Positions 8,534-17,577 of a stretch of DNA of 32,731 nucleotides are shown here, piece after piece. Where the stretch lies: the NCBI GenBank assembly GCA_019323235.1, contig JAHWHN010000014.1:1-32731 (forward strand). Reading direction: 5' to 3'. The translations under genes were made by a program, and so were the position numbers. Origin of the DNA: Candidatus Woesearchaeota archaeon. Its GTDB lineage: Archaea > Nanobdellota > Nanobdellia > Woesearchaeales > JABIAG01. Position 1 is the stretch's first letter. Each line of letters begins with the position of its first letter. The notes beneath the pieces were generated by a model. That model was given only the letters and a program-made list of their open reading frames with translations. It searched no databases and had not been told where the DNA came from.

Positions 8534-9304
8534 ATGCTTATTAAAAAAGATAATTTTCCGGAAGTTGATGAACTAGTTATTGCAACAGTAACTAAAGTCA
8601 ACCCTAACTCAGTCTTTACAACAATGGATGAGTATGGAAACAAAACAGCACTAATTCACATATCTGAAATTAGTCCAGGTAGAATTAGAAATATTAGAGA
8701 TTTTGTTGTTGAAGGAAAGAAAATTATCTGTAAAGTTCTAAAAGTTGACGAAGAAAAAGGTCATATTGATTTAAGTCTTAGAAGAGTTACTGAAATTCAA
8801 AGAAGAAACAAATCTGACGAAATTAAACAAGAACTAAAGGCTGAACAATTATTTGATTTCTTTGTTAAAGAACATAAAATAAGTAAAAAAACTCAAACCG
8901 ATTTTATAAAGAACCTAAATAAAGAATACTCAACTGTTTTTGATTTTTTCACAGATATTGTGGAAGATCAAGTAAAAGTTTCTGAAATTTATGATGAAAA
9001 GGGATTTTCTCAAGAGCTTGAAGAATTTATAAAAGAAAAGATTAAACCTCAAGAGATTGAGATTTCTGGAACTATGAAAATAACTTCTTTTGAACCAGAT
9101 GGAATTGATATTATTAAAAAAGTAATTCTTGATAGTCAAGATGAATTTACTGAAATTTCTTATTTAGGATCAGGAAATTATTCAATTAAAGTAAAATCTA
9201 AGGAATTTAAAGATGCTGAAAAGATTTTGAAAGAGAAAATTGAGAATTTCAAGAAAGAAATTGAGAAAACAAAAGGTTTATTCGATTTCAAGAAAAAAGA
9301 ATAG
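8534..9304 (+). CDS. eif2a: translation initiation factor aIF2 alpha subunit
   Basis: N-terminal S1 domain (VIATVTKVNPNSVFTTMDEYGNKTALIHISEISPGRIRNIRDF), 256 aa, eS27/Nop10 synteny. Confidence 0.9.
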   Translation: MLIKKDNFPEVDELVIATVTKVNPNSVFTTMDEYGNKTALIHISEISPGRIRNIRDFVVEGKKIICKVLKVDEEKGHIDLSLRRVTEIQRRNKSDEIKQELKAEQLFDFFVKEHKISKKTQTDFIKNLNKEYSTVFDFFTDIVEDQVKVSEIYDEKGFSQELEEFIKEKIKPQEIEISGTMKITSFEPDGIDIIKKVILDSQDEFTEISYLGSGNYSIKVKSKEFKDAEKILKEKIENFKKEIEKTKGLFDFKKKE

Positions 9305-9356
9305 CCTTAATAGCAAACTTTATATTCTTTAAAATTTATATTTTATACCATATAAA

Positions 9357-9524
9357 ATGAAACACATCTACAAGTGTAAAAAATGCAATAGTTATACATT
9401 AAAAGAAGAATGTTGTAATGAGAAGACTATTGAAGTTAAGCCAGCAAAATATTCTGTAGAAGACAAATATGCCAGTTATAGAAGAAAATATAAAGAATTG
9501 GAAGAAAATGAAAAAAACAATTAA
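9357..9524 (+). CDS. nop10: H/ACA RNP protein Nop10
   Basis: 55-aa ORF not in the track: MKHIYKCKKCNSYTLKEECCNEKTIEVKPAKYSVEDKYASYRRKYK... It has a zinc-ribbon-like start and the P-x-(K/R)-(Y/F)-S-x-E-D-K-Y-x-x-Y-R-R signature. Conserved position after aIF2-alpha. Confidence 0.85.
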   Translation: MKHIYKCKKCNSYTLKEECCNEKTIEVKPAKYSVEDKYASYRRKYKELEENEKNN

Positions 9525-10263
9525 AGATTGGAAAATTGATGAAGACAATAAAGTAAAAATAAGCAATTCAATATTAATAGTTGGACTTCCTGGAATTGGT
9601 AATGTCGGTAAAATAACTGCTGATTTCATAATTGAAGAATTAAAAGCTAAGAAAATTGCTGATTTCTTTTCATATAAATTTCCAAATACTGTTTTAGTTA
9701 ATGAAAAAAATCTATTATCTTTCCCAAAGATTGAATTATTTCACAAAAAGAAGGGTAAAACTGACTATTTAATACTAAGTGGAGATTTACAACCAACAAC
9801 TGAAGAAAGTTGTTTTACTTTTTGTGAAATCATAGATGATTTCTGTAAAAAGAATAATTGTAAAAAAATAATAACTCTTGGTGGGATTGGATTAGAAGAA
9901 GAACCAGATAAACCAAAATTATACATCACTGGCAATAATAAAAAGTTAATTGATTCATTTGTAAAAGATACAACTATCAAAAAGAAAATCTTTGGTGTAG
10001 TTGGCCCAATTATGGGAGTTAGTGGAGTTTTACCTGGTATAAGTAGTATTCCTTCAATAGTATTATTAGCAGAAACAATGAGTTCTCAAGTACATGTTGG
10101 AATAAAAGGTTCTAAAGAATTAGTAAAAGTGTTAAATGAAAAATATAAATTAGGAATTAATATTAAAAAATTAAACCAAGAAATTAAACTAATTGAAGAA
10201 GAAAAAATAGAAGCAACTCAACAACTAACAAATCAAGAACCAGAGGCAAACTACTTCGGATAA
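9508..10263 (+). CDS. PAC2-family (proteasome assembly chaperone-like, COG1938) protein
   Basis: ILIVGLPGIGNVGKITADFIIEEL near the N-terminus. Start moved to the ATG at 9508; the track's 9469 start overlaps nop10 further. Confidence 0.7.
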   Translation: MKKTIKDWKIDEDNKVKISNSILIVGLPGIGNVGKITADFIIEELKAKKIADFFSYKFPNTVLVNEKNLLSFPKIELFHKKKGKTDYLILSGDLQPTTEESCFTFCEIIDDFCKKNNCKKIITLGGIGLEEEPDKPKLYITGNNKKLIDSFVKDTTIKKKIFGVVGPIMGVSGVLPGISSIPSIVLLAETMSSQVHVGIKGSKELVKVLNEKYKLGINIKKLNQEIKLIEEEKIEATQQLTNQEPEANYFG

Positions 10264-10264
10264 A

Positions 10265-11020
10265 ATGAAAAAGAGTAAATATCTATTAATTGCTATTAAG
10301 GCTGCTAAAAGGGCTGCTAAAATAAGTAAAAAAAACTATAATAAAAAATTAGATTTAAGTTACAAAGAAAATAATGAACTTGTAACTAATATTGATAAAG
10401 AATGTGAGAATGTTATTGTAAAAACAATACTTTCTAAATTTCCCGACCACAATATTTGGGGAGAAGAAAGAGATGAAACTCATAAAAAATCAGATTATAG
10501 ATGGGTAATTGACCCCATTGACGGTACAGTTATGTATTCAAGAGGTCTTGATACTTATGGCATTAGCATATCATTAGAGTACAAGAAAGAAACTATTGCT
10601 TGTGTTAATTACTTTCCATCATTGAAGAAAATGTATTATGCTGAAAAAAATCAAGGTTCTTTTCTAAATGGAAAACGAATTTTTGTATCTAATATCAAAA
10701 ATGAAAAACCATTAGTTTTCCCAAGTACTACTTTAACAAGAAATCCTAATTTATGTAAGAAATTTACTGATAATTTTAGAAAAAATAAGATTACAATTAG
10801 AGACTTTGGCTCAACTGAACTTCATTTTTCTCTTGTTGCCGAGGGTAAAGCTGATGCTTGTTATTCTTTTGGATTAAAAACAGGAGATGTGTCTGCAGGA
10901 CTTCTTTTAGTAAAAGAAGCTGGTGGGAAAGTAATTAATGAAAAAGGTAATAATGCCACATCTAATGATAAAAACGTAATTGGTTATTCTAAAATATTAA
11001 ATAAAAAAGATTTAATTTAG
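10265..11020 (+). CDS. inositol monophosphatase / FBPase family protein
   Basis: WGEE metal site, WVIDPIDGT motif, C-terminal GD..AG region. 251 aa. Confidence 0.85.
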   Translation: MKKSKYLLIAIKAAKRAAKISKKNYNKKLDLSYKENNELVTNIDKECENVIVKTILSKFPDHNIWGEERDETHKKSDYRWVIDPIDGTVMYSRGLDTYGISISLEYKKETIACVNYFPSLKKMYYAEKNQGSFLNGKRIFVSNIKNEKPLVFPSTTLTRNPNLCKKFTDNFRKNKITIRDFGSTELHFSLVAEGKADACYSFGLKTGDVSAGLLLVKEAGGKVINEKGNNATSNDKNVIGYSKILNKKDLI

Positions 11021-11030
11021 AATTCTTTGT

Positions 11031-12272
11031 TTACTTTCTTTTCTTTGTCTTTTTTGCACCTTTTCTTTCACATTTTATTGTAAAGAGAATCATGAAAATT
11101 GCTAAGATGCCTGAAACAAAAGAAATCAGAATTAAAGTTGAAACAAAACCATAATAACTATAAAAAATACTAGTAAGAATTGGTGATACTGAATAACCTA
11201 TTGTTTCTACCATAGTATTTAAAGAAAGAAACCTACCATCTTCCTCATGATCAATATCATAATATTCTAAAGCATGTCTTGCCGAGAAAAAGAATAAATT
11301 ATTACCAACACCAATTATAAGACCAATAAGTACTAAACCAACAGGCATTGGGAAAAATGGCATTAAAATTGCACCAACCAATACTAAAAACCAACCTGAC
11401 GAGTGAAGGAATCTCCAATTGAATTTGTCAGCTAAATAACCACTATAAGCGGCAATAAATACAGTAACGACTTCATAAATTCCTAATTGTAAACCACCCA
11501 TAAGACCAGAAAGTCCTAACTTTGAAATATGTATTGGAATTACAAACCATAAAGAACCATAGAAAAAACCTTGCCAAATTCCTGCTGTTAAGACCATAAG
11601 TGGATAAAATTTATTTGACTTTACAAATCTATACCCGCTCTTAATTGTCAAAATAGGATTTAATAATTCCAAGAAAGGAATTTTTACTTTATTCTTGACT
11701 ATATCTTTTTTAATTCCAAGATATACTAATAAACTCAAAACACCGGATGTTAAAACAACATATCCCAATAAATCATGATTTGTTTCTAAAACAAAGAAAG
11801 GAATAGAAATTGTTGCTAAAAAATAAGCAATTGAGAAAAAATTCTCAGAAAATCCGAATACAAATCCGCCTTCTTTTTTGTTACTAACTCTTAAGATATA
11901 AACATCTGTTGCTCTTGTAGCATAATATCCAAATAAAAAAATAGAGAAAAAAATCAATACTAAAAAGCTTGGATCAAAAGCAACCAAAAATATTCCTGCA
12001 AAGATTAAATTAAAACTTGAAACAATCATCCAAGGTTTTGCACCATTCCTATCTTCAAGATTACCCAAAATTGGACTTATCAAAAATCCTTCAATTAAAT
12101 TACAAACAGTCATAAAAATTCCAGCAACAATTTCACTAGTCATTGACATAACTAAAATTGGGATGATGGCATACATCACACTAGCACCATACCTATTAAT
12201 CATCTCAACAAAACTAATCTTCACTAAATCTTCATGTTTTCTTAAAAAATTTTGAGGGTTATTTGGTCTCAT
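11031..12272 (-). CDS. MFS-type membrane transporter
   Basis: 413 aa and highly hydrophobic, with about 12 predicted TM stretches and a basic C-terminal tail. Confidence 0.65.
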   Translation of the reverse strand: MRPNNPQNFLRKHEDLVKISFVEMINRYGASVMYAIIPILVMSMTSEIVAGIFMTVCNLIEGFLISPILGNLEDRNGAKPWMIVSSFNLIFAGIFLVAFDPSFLVLIFFSIFLFGYYATRATDVYILRVSNKKEGGFVFGFSENFFSIAYFLATISIPFFVLETNHDLLGYVVLTSGVLSLLVYLGIKKDIVKNKVKIPFLELLNPILTIKSGYRFVKSNKFYPLMVLTAGIWQGFFYGSLWFVIPIHISKLGLSGLMGGLQLGIYEVVTVFIAAYSGYLADKFNWRFLHSSGWFLVLVGAILMPFFPMPVGLVLIGLIIGVGNNLFFFSARHALEYYDIDHEEDGRFLSLNTMVETIGYSVSPILTSIFYSYYGFVSTLILISFVSGILAIFMILFTIKCERKGAKKTKKRK

Positions 12273-12359
12273 CGTCTCAAAAATGGCAAATGGGGTATAT
12301 AAATTTAGTGTAATTATCCAAACAAAAAATTCTTAAAAGAACAAGAATATCTTAAAAAT

Positions 12360-13025
12360 ATGTTAGTAGAAGATGTTAAGGACAAACTTCCTAAAGATTT
12401 GTATGAAATCTTAAGTAAGGAATTTAAAGAATTCAGACCTAGCCAAGAAAAAGCTATTAAGGCTGGCCTACTAGAAGATAAGAATCTATTAGTTTGTACA
12501 CCGACTGCTTCTGGTAAAACTTTAGTTGGAGAAATAGCTTTAATAAAAACAATTATGGAAGGAAAAGGAAAAGCAATTTATCTAGCCCCATTAAAAGCTT
12601 TAGCTCAAGAAAAATTCAAAAATTTTAAACAAAAATACGATGGAATGATTAGAGTAGCCCAATCTATCGGTGATAAAGATTCTTCAGATTCTAGATTAGA
12701 GAATTATGACTTAATTATTTGTACTTTTGAAAAACTAGATTCTTTAATACGTCATAACCCTCCTTGGTTGAAATATATTAAGACAATTGTTGTTGATGAA
12801 ATTCACTTACTTAATGATAATTCTCGAGGACCAGTTGTTGAAATTGTATTGACGATTATGAGAAATTTAATCAAAGATATGCAAATAATTGGATTATCTG
12901 CGACAATTGGAAATCCAAAAGAATTAGCTAATTGGTTAAATGCGGAATTAGTTGAAGATTCATGGAGACCTGTTAAATTAAAGAAGGGTATTTTCCATAA
13001 TGATGTTTTAGAATTCTATGATTAA
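12360..13025 (+). CDS. Hel308/Ski2-like superfamily-2 helicase, N-terminal RecA domain only (truncated or split)
   Basis: Motifs Q (FRPSQEKAI), I (TPTASGKT), Ia (LAPLKALAQEK), Ib (TFEKLDSL), II (DEIH) and III (SAT) are followed by WRPVKL. The ORF stops at 221 aa, with no motifs IV-VI. Confidence 0.8.
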   Translation: MLVEDVKDKLPKDLYEILSKEFKEFRPSQEKAIKAGLLEDKNLLVCTPTASGKTLVGEIALIKTIMEGKGKAIYLAPLKALAQEKFKNFKQKYDGMIRVAQSIGDKDSSDSRLENYDLIICTFEKLDSLIRHNPPWLKYIKTIVVDEIHLLNDNSRGPVVEIVLTIMRNLIKDMQIIGLSATIGNPKELANWLNAELVEDSWRPVKLKKGIFHNDVLEFYD

Positions 13026-13859
13026 TTAAAGATATTTTAGTTTATGTAAGTTAGCCGCTCCAATAACTGGAGAGTCTTCATTTGAAGAAAATTCTATAAT
13101 TGTTTTTTTAGCCAATATTGGATGTACTTGTTTTCTAAAGCTTTCCATCATATCTTTTTCGAATAAATCTCTTGATTTAGAAATTCCACCACCTATCATA
13201 ATAATATCTGGTGCTAAAATATCACAATATGCACTTAAAACAAAACCAATTTCTCTTCCAAATTCTTTAAATAAATTAACATATTTTTTAACGCCTTTTC
13301 TTGCTTTTATTGCAGAATCTTGAGGGTCTAAGTTCTTTTCCTTGAAAAACCTTGAAGAACCATAATTTTTAATTTGCTTACTTTTATGATTTACAAAACC
13401 AACCTCTCCAGCACAACCAAGAAGTCCATTAATAAGATTACCTTTGAATATAATACCACTACCTAATCCCGTACCTATTGTTAACCCAACTAATGTTTTA
13501 TCTTTAAGGTTTGGGTTTAATAGATATTCTCCATAAGCAAAACAATTAGCATCATTAGTAACATGGACTTTTTTATTTAGTCTTTTTTTCATCTCCTTTT
13601 TAAAATCCATATTATTTATGGCAGGTATATTTGGAGATAATCCAGAGAAGCCATGTTCTACTAAAGAAGGTATACCAAAACCAATAGAGGTAACTTGCTT
13701 AAGATCAAACAGTTTAATTGATTTTGTTAAGTAATTGAAGAATTCTTTCTTGGAATTATTATATTTTGTATTAATCAAAATTGATTTTATGATTTTATTA
13801 TTCTTAGAAATTAAACTTATTCTAATTTTCGTACCACCAACATCTATACCTAATAGCAT
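13026..13859 (-). CDS. ROK-like / ASKHA-fold sugar kinase
   Basis: N-terminal LLGIDVGGTKIRISL phosphate-1 motif, TIGTGLGSGII, and CAGEVGF. The CxCGxxGC zinc motif of classical ROK glucokinases is absent. Confidence 0.7.
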   Translation of the reverse strand: MLLGIDVGGTKIRISLISKNNKIIKSILINTKYNNSKKEFFNYLTKSIKLFDLKQVTSIGFGIPSLVEHGFSGLSPNIPAINNMDFKKEMKKRLNKKVHVTNDANCFAYGEYLLNPNLKDKTLVGLTIGTGLGSGIIFKGNLINGLLGCAGEVGFVNHKSKQIKNYGSSRFFKEKNLDPQDSAIKARKGVKKYVNLFKEFGREIGFVLSAYCDILAPDIIMIGGGISKSRDLFEKDMMESFRKQVHPILAKKTIIEFSSNEDSPVIGAANLHKLKYL

Positions 13860-13897
13860 ATCTTAATAATTAATAAAGTATTATTTAAATATATTGA

Positions 13898-14230
13898 TTA
13901 AAATGGTTTTATCAATGCAGTAATTAGTGAAAATACTACAAATGATAATATAAACATAATTAACCAAGAAATCCAAATCTTAAATGTGTTTAATCTACTA
14001 TCTCTATGGTAAAATAGAATTATGAAGTACATAAACAAAACAGGAAATATAACATACCATTTAAGTAAATGAAATGCATATAACACTATTATAAATATCA
14101 AACTCTCCCTTACATTGTATTCATGATCAGAATTTAATTTTAAAATTAGTGAAGATAAATGTAAAAATAACCAAGATAAAAAGAACAATACTGCAATTGC
14201 AATTATATTTTGAAGTATTTCATAAATCAT
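13898..14230 (-). CDS. hypothetical small membrane protein
   Basis: 110 aa with 3-4 hydrophobic segments. No motif recognised. Confidence 0.45.
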   Translation of the reverse strand: MIYEILQNIIAIAVLFFLSWLFLHLSSLILKLNSDHEYNVRESLIFIIVLYAFHLLKWYVIFPVLFMYFIILFYHRDSRLNTFKIWISWLIMFILSFVVFSLITALIKPF

Positions 14231-14271
14231 TATTTAAAATTATGATAAAAAGTATATAAACTTTGTGAAAA

Positions 14272-15648
14272 TTAGAAATCTAATCTACTAAGAACTTTTT
14301 CTGCATCAAATTCTTCGAAATCATCATATTCTTGACCAGTTCCAATATAAAGAATTGGTTTTCCAGTTACATAACCAACAGAGATAGAAGCTCCACCTTT
14401 TTCATCAATATCAGCTTTTGATAAAATAACCCCATCAATACCTACTGCTTCATCAAAATTAGATGCTTGTTCTACACAATCATTTCCAGTAATACTTTCC
14501 CCTACAAAAATTTTCATATCAGGATTAGCTACTCTAATTATTTTTTTCATTTCATCTAATAAGTTTGCATTTGAATGTAATCTTCCTGCAGTATCTATTA
14601 AAACAACATCGATTCCTTTAGCCTGAGCATGTTTGATTGCATCAAAAGCAACTGCTGCAGGGTCTGAACCATAATCATGTTTGATTAATTTAACTTTTAA
14701 TCTATCAGCATGTTCTTGAATTTGATCAATAGCTGCTGCTCTGAACGTATCTGCTGCTGCCAAAACAACTGTTTTGTTTTTCTTTAATAACATATTTGCA
14801 AATTTTGCAATAGTAGTTGTTTTTCCAGAACCATTGATTCCAAAAAAGCAAATAACATATGGCTTTTTACTTTCTATTTTTGACATAACATCAATTTTAT
14901 CTACATTTAAGATTTCATATAAAGAATTTTTAAGAGTTGATTGTATAATATCAAAGATTTTGCTCTTTTTGAATGATTGATCTACTAAAGATTTTTTTAA
15001 ATCATCTTTTATCTTTTCAATTACTTCAACAGAAACATTATTTTCTAATAAAATGACTTCTAAATCCCAAAATAAATCTTCAAATTTGTTTTCATCTAAT
15101 TTCTTAGACATTAATTTTTGAAAAAAACCAACTTTTTCTTTTACTGGTTCTTCTTTAATCTCTTCTTTTTCAACAATTGGTTCTTCTTCTAATTTTTCTT
15201 CATCTTGAATTTCAGGGACTTCTTCTATTATTTCAATTGGCTCTTCTTGAACTTCTTGAGATTCTTCATCTTCAGAAATTGAGTCATCAAATGTTTCGTC
15301 CTCATCTTTTTCTATTCCTTCGATAAGGCCTTCTTCTTGAAGTGTAATTTCATCATCTTCTATCTGTTCTTCTCTATCATCATCTTCATAAATATCGTCA
15401 TCAGATTCTTCTAACAATTGTTCTTTTTCTTCTATAACTTCAGGAGCCTTTTCAACAGTATCTTGAACAGGTTTGTCTAATTCATCAATTTCTAGTTCTT
15501 TTTGGATTTCTAATAGTTCTTCATCTAATTTTTCTTCTTCTTGGATTTCAGAAACTTCTTCTGAAGGTATTTCTTCTGCTTCTTCCTCTACCTTCTTAGA
15601 AAATAAATCTACAGTTTTCTTTAATTTTTCTTTAAGGAATTTAAACAT
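14272..15648 (-). CDS. ftsY: signal recognition particle receptor FtsY
   Basis: Long acidic N-terminal A-domain, then an NG domain with GINGSGKTTT, DTAGR and a K-x-D GTPase motif (SKAD, followed by KGG). Start set at MFKFLKEKL (15648). Confidence 0.95.
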   Translation of the reverse strand: MFKFLKEKLKKTVDLFSKKVEEEAEEIPSEEVSEIQEEEKLDEELLEIQKELEIDELDKPVQDTVEKAPEVIEEKEQLLEESDDDIYEDDDREEQIEDDEITLQEEGLIEGIEKDEDETFDDSISEDEESQEVQEEPIEIIEEVPEIQDEEKLEEEPIVEKEEIKEEPVKEKVGFFQKLMSKKLDENKFEDLFWDLEVILLENNVSVEVIEKIKDDLKKSLVDQSFKKSKIFDIIQSTLKNSLYEILNVDKIDVMSKIESKKPYVICFFGINGSGKTTTIAKFANMLLKKNKTVVLAAADTFRAAAIDQIQEHADRLKVKLIKHDYGSDPAAVAFDAIKHAQAKGIDVVLIDTAGRLHSNANLLDEMKKIIRVANPDMKIFVGESITGNDCVEQASNFDEAVGIDGVILSKADIDEKGGASISVGYVTGKPILYIGTGQEYDDFEEFDAEKVLSRLDF

Positions 15649-16054
15649 TTTGAGATTTAAGCTCCTCACTTAATTTTACAAACTCTTTATCAAAGAATAA
15701 AAGTTTATTATTTAGTTCTTCAATAAATTTTTCAAATTCCACAATTTGTTTTTCAACTAATTTAATTGCTTCATCAGTACTTTTATTAACAACAACACCA
15801 TTTCCAACATGAACTAAAAAACTATCATATTCTTCAACTTTTGCTTTCACAAAAATACCTGGAGAAATTGGAGCTAAAAGTTCTTTTTCTCCTTTTGATG
15901 ATTGAAATTCTTTTAATGAAGAAATTATAAAATTCAATTCTTCTTTTTGAGCAGTTAATTCTTCTAATTGTCTTTGCAACTGCATCATCTGCTGATTCAT
16001 CATTTGATATTTGATGTATTTTTCTCTTGAGTCATTATTATTCATTTTAATCAT
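15641..16054 (-). CDS. pfdA: prefoldin alpha subunit
   Basis: 137 aa. Coiled coil, double beta-hairpin (LAPISPGIFVKAKVEE..FLVHVGNGVVVNKSTDEA), coiled coil. Conserved pfdA-ftsY order. Confidence 0.85.
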   Translation of the reverse strand: MIKMNNNDSREKYIKYQMMNQQMMQLQRQLEELTAQKEELNFIISSLKEFQSSKGEKELLAPISPGIFVKAKVEEYDSFLVHVGNGVVVNKSTDEAIKLVEKQIVEFEKFIEELNNKLLFFDKEFVKLSEELKSQNV

Positions 16055-16088
16055 ACCTTGAAATTGGAACTATATTTAAAAAAGTTAC

Positions 16089-16853
16089 TTATTTTTGAAG
16101 CATTTTAATATAAATAGGAGAACGATGTTGTTCTTGAAGCATGTCAACCTTTCTTTCATTAGTTAAATGTAATAATGATAAGAAAGTGAAAATTTTATCA
16201 TCTTTTTCTTCAGAAGGCAATAAATCATTAAACTTCATTACTTCTGAATTATTATTTAAAAAATAATACTTTACATTAGAATAAACATCTCTTATTATTT
16301 GAGTAATATCTCTTGTTTTTTCAGGAACTTTAAAATTGTTTTTTTGTGGTACTGAATTAATAACTCTTCTTTCTCTAACATCTAATGCTCTTTGCAAAGC
16401 ATCAACTAAATCGAAAATAGAAACCTTTCTCTCTCTCGGTTGAGGAGTTCTAGGAATTAATTGTTGTTTCTCTCGTTTTTCTTTATCTAATTGCATTAAT
16501 TCATAATCTAAATTATCATCAAACACAAAATCTTCAAGATCTTGTAAATGATCTTCTTCTTGTGCTTTGAACATATTTTCGAAATTAGTAATATCTGTTC
16601 CTAAAAATTTATTTGACTTAATCTTCAATAAAACCGCGGCTGCTAACAAAACCTTACCAGAAATTCTAAAGTCCATTTCTTTTAATTTACTTAAAAGATC
16701 TAAGAACTTAGTAGATAATTCAGAAACATCAACATCCCAAGGATCAATTTCATTTGTTTTAACTAAATTATATATCATAGACTGCCAAGTAACTTCATCT
16801 TCATTAAATAGAATACTAAATATTTTATCATTACCATTTACAGCTTCTGTCAT
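16089..16853 (-). CDS. scpA: segregation and condensation protein A (kleisin ScpA)
   Basis: N-terminal ScpA pattern (W..MI..LVK..EIDPWDVDVSELS..FL) and a C-terminal winged-helix region (FLSLLHL). 254 aa. Confidence 0.8.
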   Translation of the reverse strand: MTEAVNGNDKIFSILFNEDEVTWQSMIYNLVKTNEIDPWDVDVSELSTKFLDLLSKLKEMDFRISGKVLLAAAVLLKIKSNKFLGTDITNFENMFKAQEEDHLQDLEDFVFDDNLDYELMQLDKEKREKQQLIPRTPQPRERKVSIFDLVDALQRALDVRERRVINSVPQKNNFKVPEKTRDITQIIRDVYSNVKYYFLNNNSEVMKFNDLLPSEEKDDKIFTFLSLLHLTNERKVDMLQEQHRSPIYIKMLQK

Positions 16854-16984
16854 AACTAAAAAGTTAAAGAATATATATATAAAGTTATTGCAATTATAAA
16901 AAAAATATACTCTTAAAGATAGTAAGTTTTTTAAAAGAATTATGTATTCATAAGTAAAATTTAAAAACCAGAGTAAAATACACT

Positions 16985-17087
16985 GGGACTGTAGCTCAGT
17001 CTGGTTAGAGCGCTGGTCTTATATGGCCAACCATCTGAGTTGTCTTAGGACAGCCAGAGGTCGGGGGTTCAAATCCCCTCAGTCCCA
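16985..17087 (+). tRNA. tRNA-Ile (anticodon UAU) with a 28-nt intron at 37/38
   Basis: Hand-folded. Acceptor GGGACTG/CAGTCCC, D arm GCTC/GAGC, anticodon stem CTGGT/GCCAG, loop CT-TAT-A[intron 17024-17051]A, T arm GGGGG-TTCAAAT-CCCCT. The body closely resembles archaeal tRNA-Ile. No encoded CCA. Confidence 0.85.
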
Positions 17088-17093
17088 CTCACC

Positions 17094-17165
17094 GCGAGAG
17101 TAGTATAGTGGTTAGTATACGACGTTGCCAACGTTGTGACCCGGGTTCGAGCCCCGGCTCTCGCA
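17094..17165 (+). tRNA. tRNA-Gly (anticodon GCC)
   Basis: Acceptor GCGAGAG/CTCTCGC, anticodon stem CGACG/CGTTG, loop TT-GCC-AA, T arm CCGGG-TTCGAGC-CCCGG. 72 nt. Confidence 0.85.
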
Positions 17166-17216
17166 TTCTTATTCAAGAATAAGATTGGCTTAACCAGACA
17201 AGCTTTTTATTTTAAA

Positions 17217-17522
17217 ATGTATAAAAAATTTAATTCAATAAGTGAAATTTCTAACAATGCAATTATCTTCAAACATAGTAATGCCTGTCCTACCTCATTC
17301 AGAGCAAAAGAAGAAGTTGATAAAATTGCTAAAAATAATGATGTTAACATAATCATAGTACAAGAGAATAGAAAATTATCTAATGAAATTGAAGAACATT
17401 ATAAAATAAAACACGAAAGCCCTCAAATAATAATTATAAAATCAGGAAAAGTAATTGGAAAATTAAATCATTTTGATATCAAAGAAGAAGAAATAAACAA
17501 GATTTTAACCAAATCTGACTAG
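17217..17522 (+). CDS. YtxJ-like (DUF2847) monothiol thioredoxin-fold protein
   Basis: FKHSNACPTS (family motif FKHS-x-x-C-x-x-S) and KHESPQIIIIKSGKV...NHFDI (family motif KHESPQ...SH..I). Start moved to the ATG at 17217 because the track ORF begins inside tRNA-Gly. Confidence 0.75.
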   Translation: MYKKFNSISEISNNAIIFKHSNACPTSFRAKEEVDKIAKNNDVNIIIVQENRKLSNEIEEHYKIKHESPQIIIIKSGKVIGKLNHFDIKEEEINKILTKSD

Positions 17523-17540
17523 AAAATAAAATAATAAAAA

Positions 17541-17552
17541 CCTTTATAAATA
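17541..17552 (+). promoter_or_regulatory. BRE/TATA-like element upstream of tRNA-Val
   Basis: aaaaa-cctttataaata, about 30 nt upstream of the tRNA 5' end. Confidence 0.4.
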
Positions 17553-17577
17553 GGATAAATTCCCTTTAAACAAAAGC

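Noticed and set aside
9357-9524. Nop10 second Cys pair is adjacent (CC) rather than CxxC, considered as a possible loss of the zinc ribbon
   Set aside because: Nop10 zinc ligands are variably retained (eukaryotic Nop10 lacks them), and the RNA/Cbf5-binding signature is intact. This is not unusual enough to report as a finding.
14990-15600. Highly repetitive acidic (E/D/I) coding stretch in ftsY, and a similar acidic tail in gyrA (23100-23298) and uS4 (32270-32386), considered as possible repeat elements
   Set aside because: They are in frame within intact genes and correspond to the well-known acidic A-domain of FtsY and to charged terminal tails. They reflect low-complexity composition, not discrete DNA repeats.
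17167-17184. Hairpin TCTTATTC-aa-GAATAAGA right after tRNA-Gly, and other short AT-rich hairpins (for example 31205-31219), considered as regulatory structures
   Set aside because: Stems of 6-8 bp made almost only of A/T are expected by chance in this composition. At most, this one accompanies the T-run terminator at about 17204-17214.
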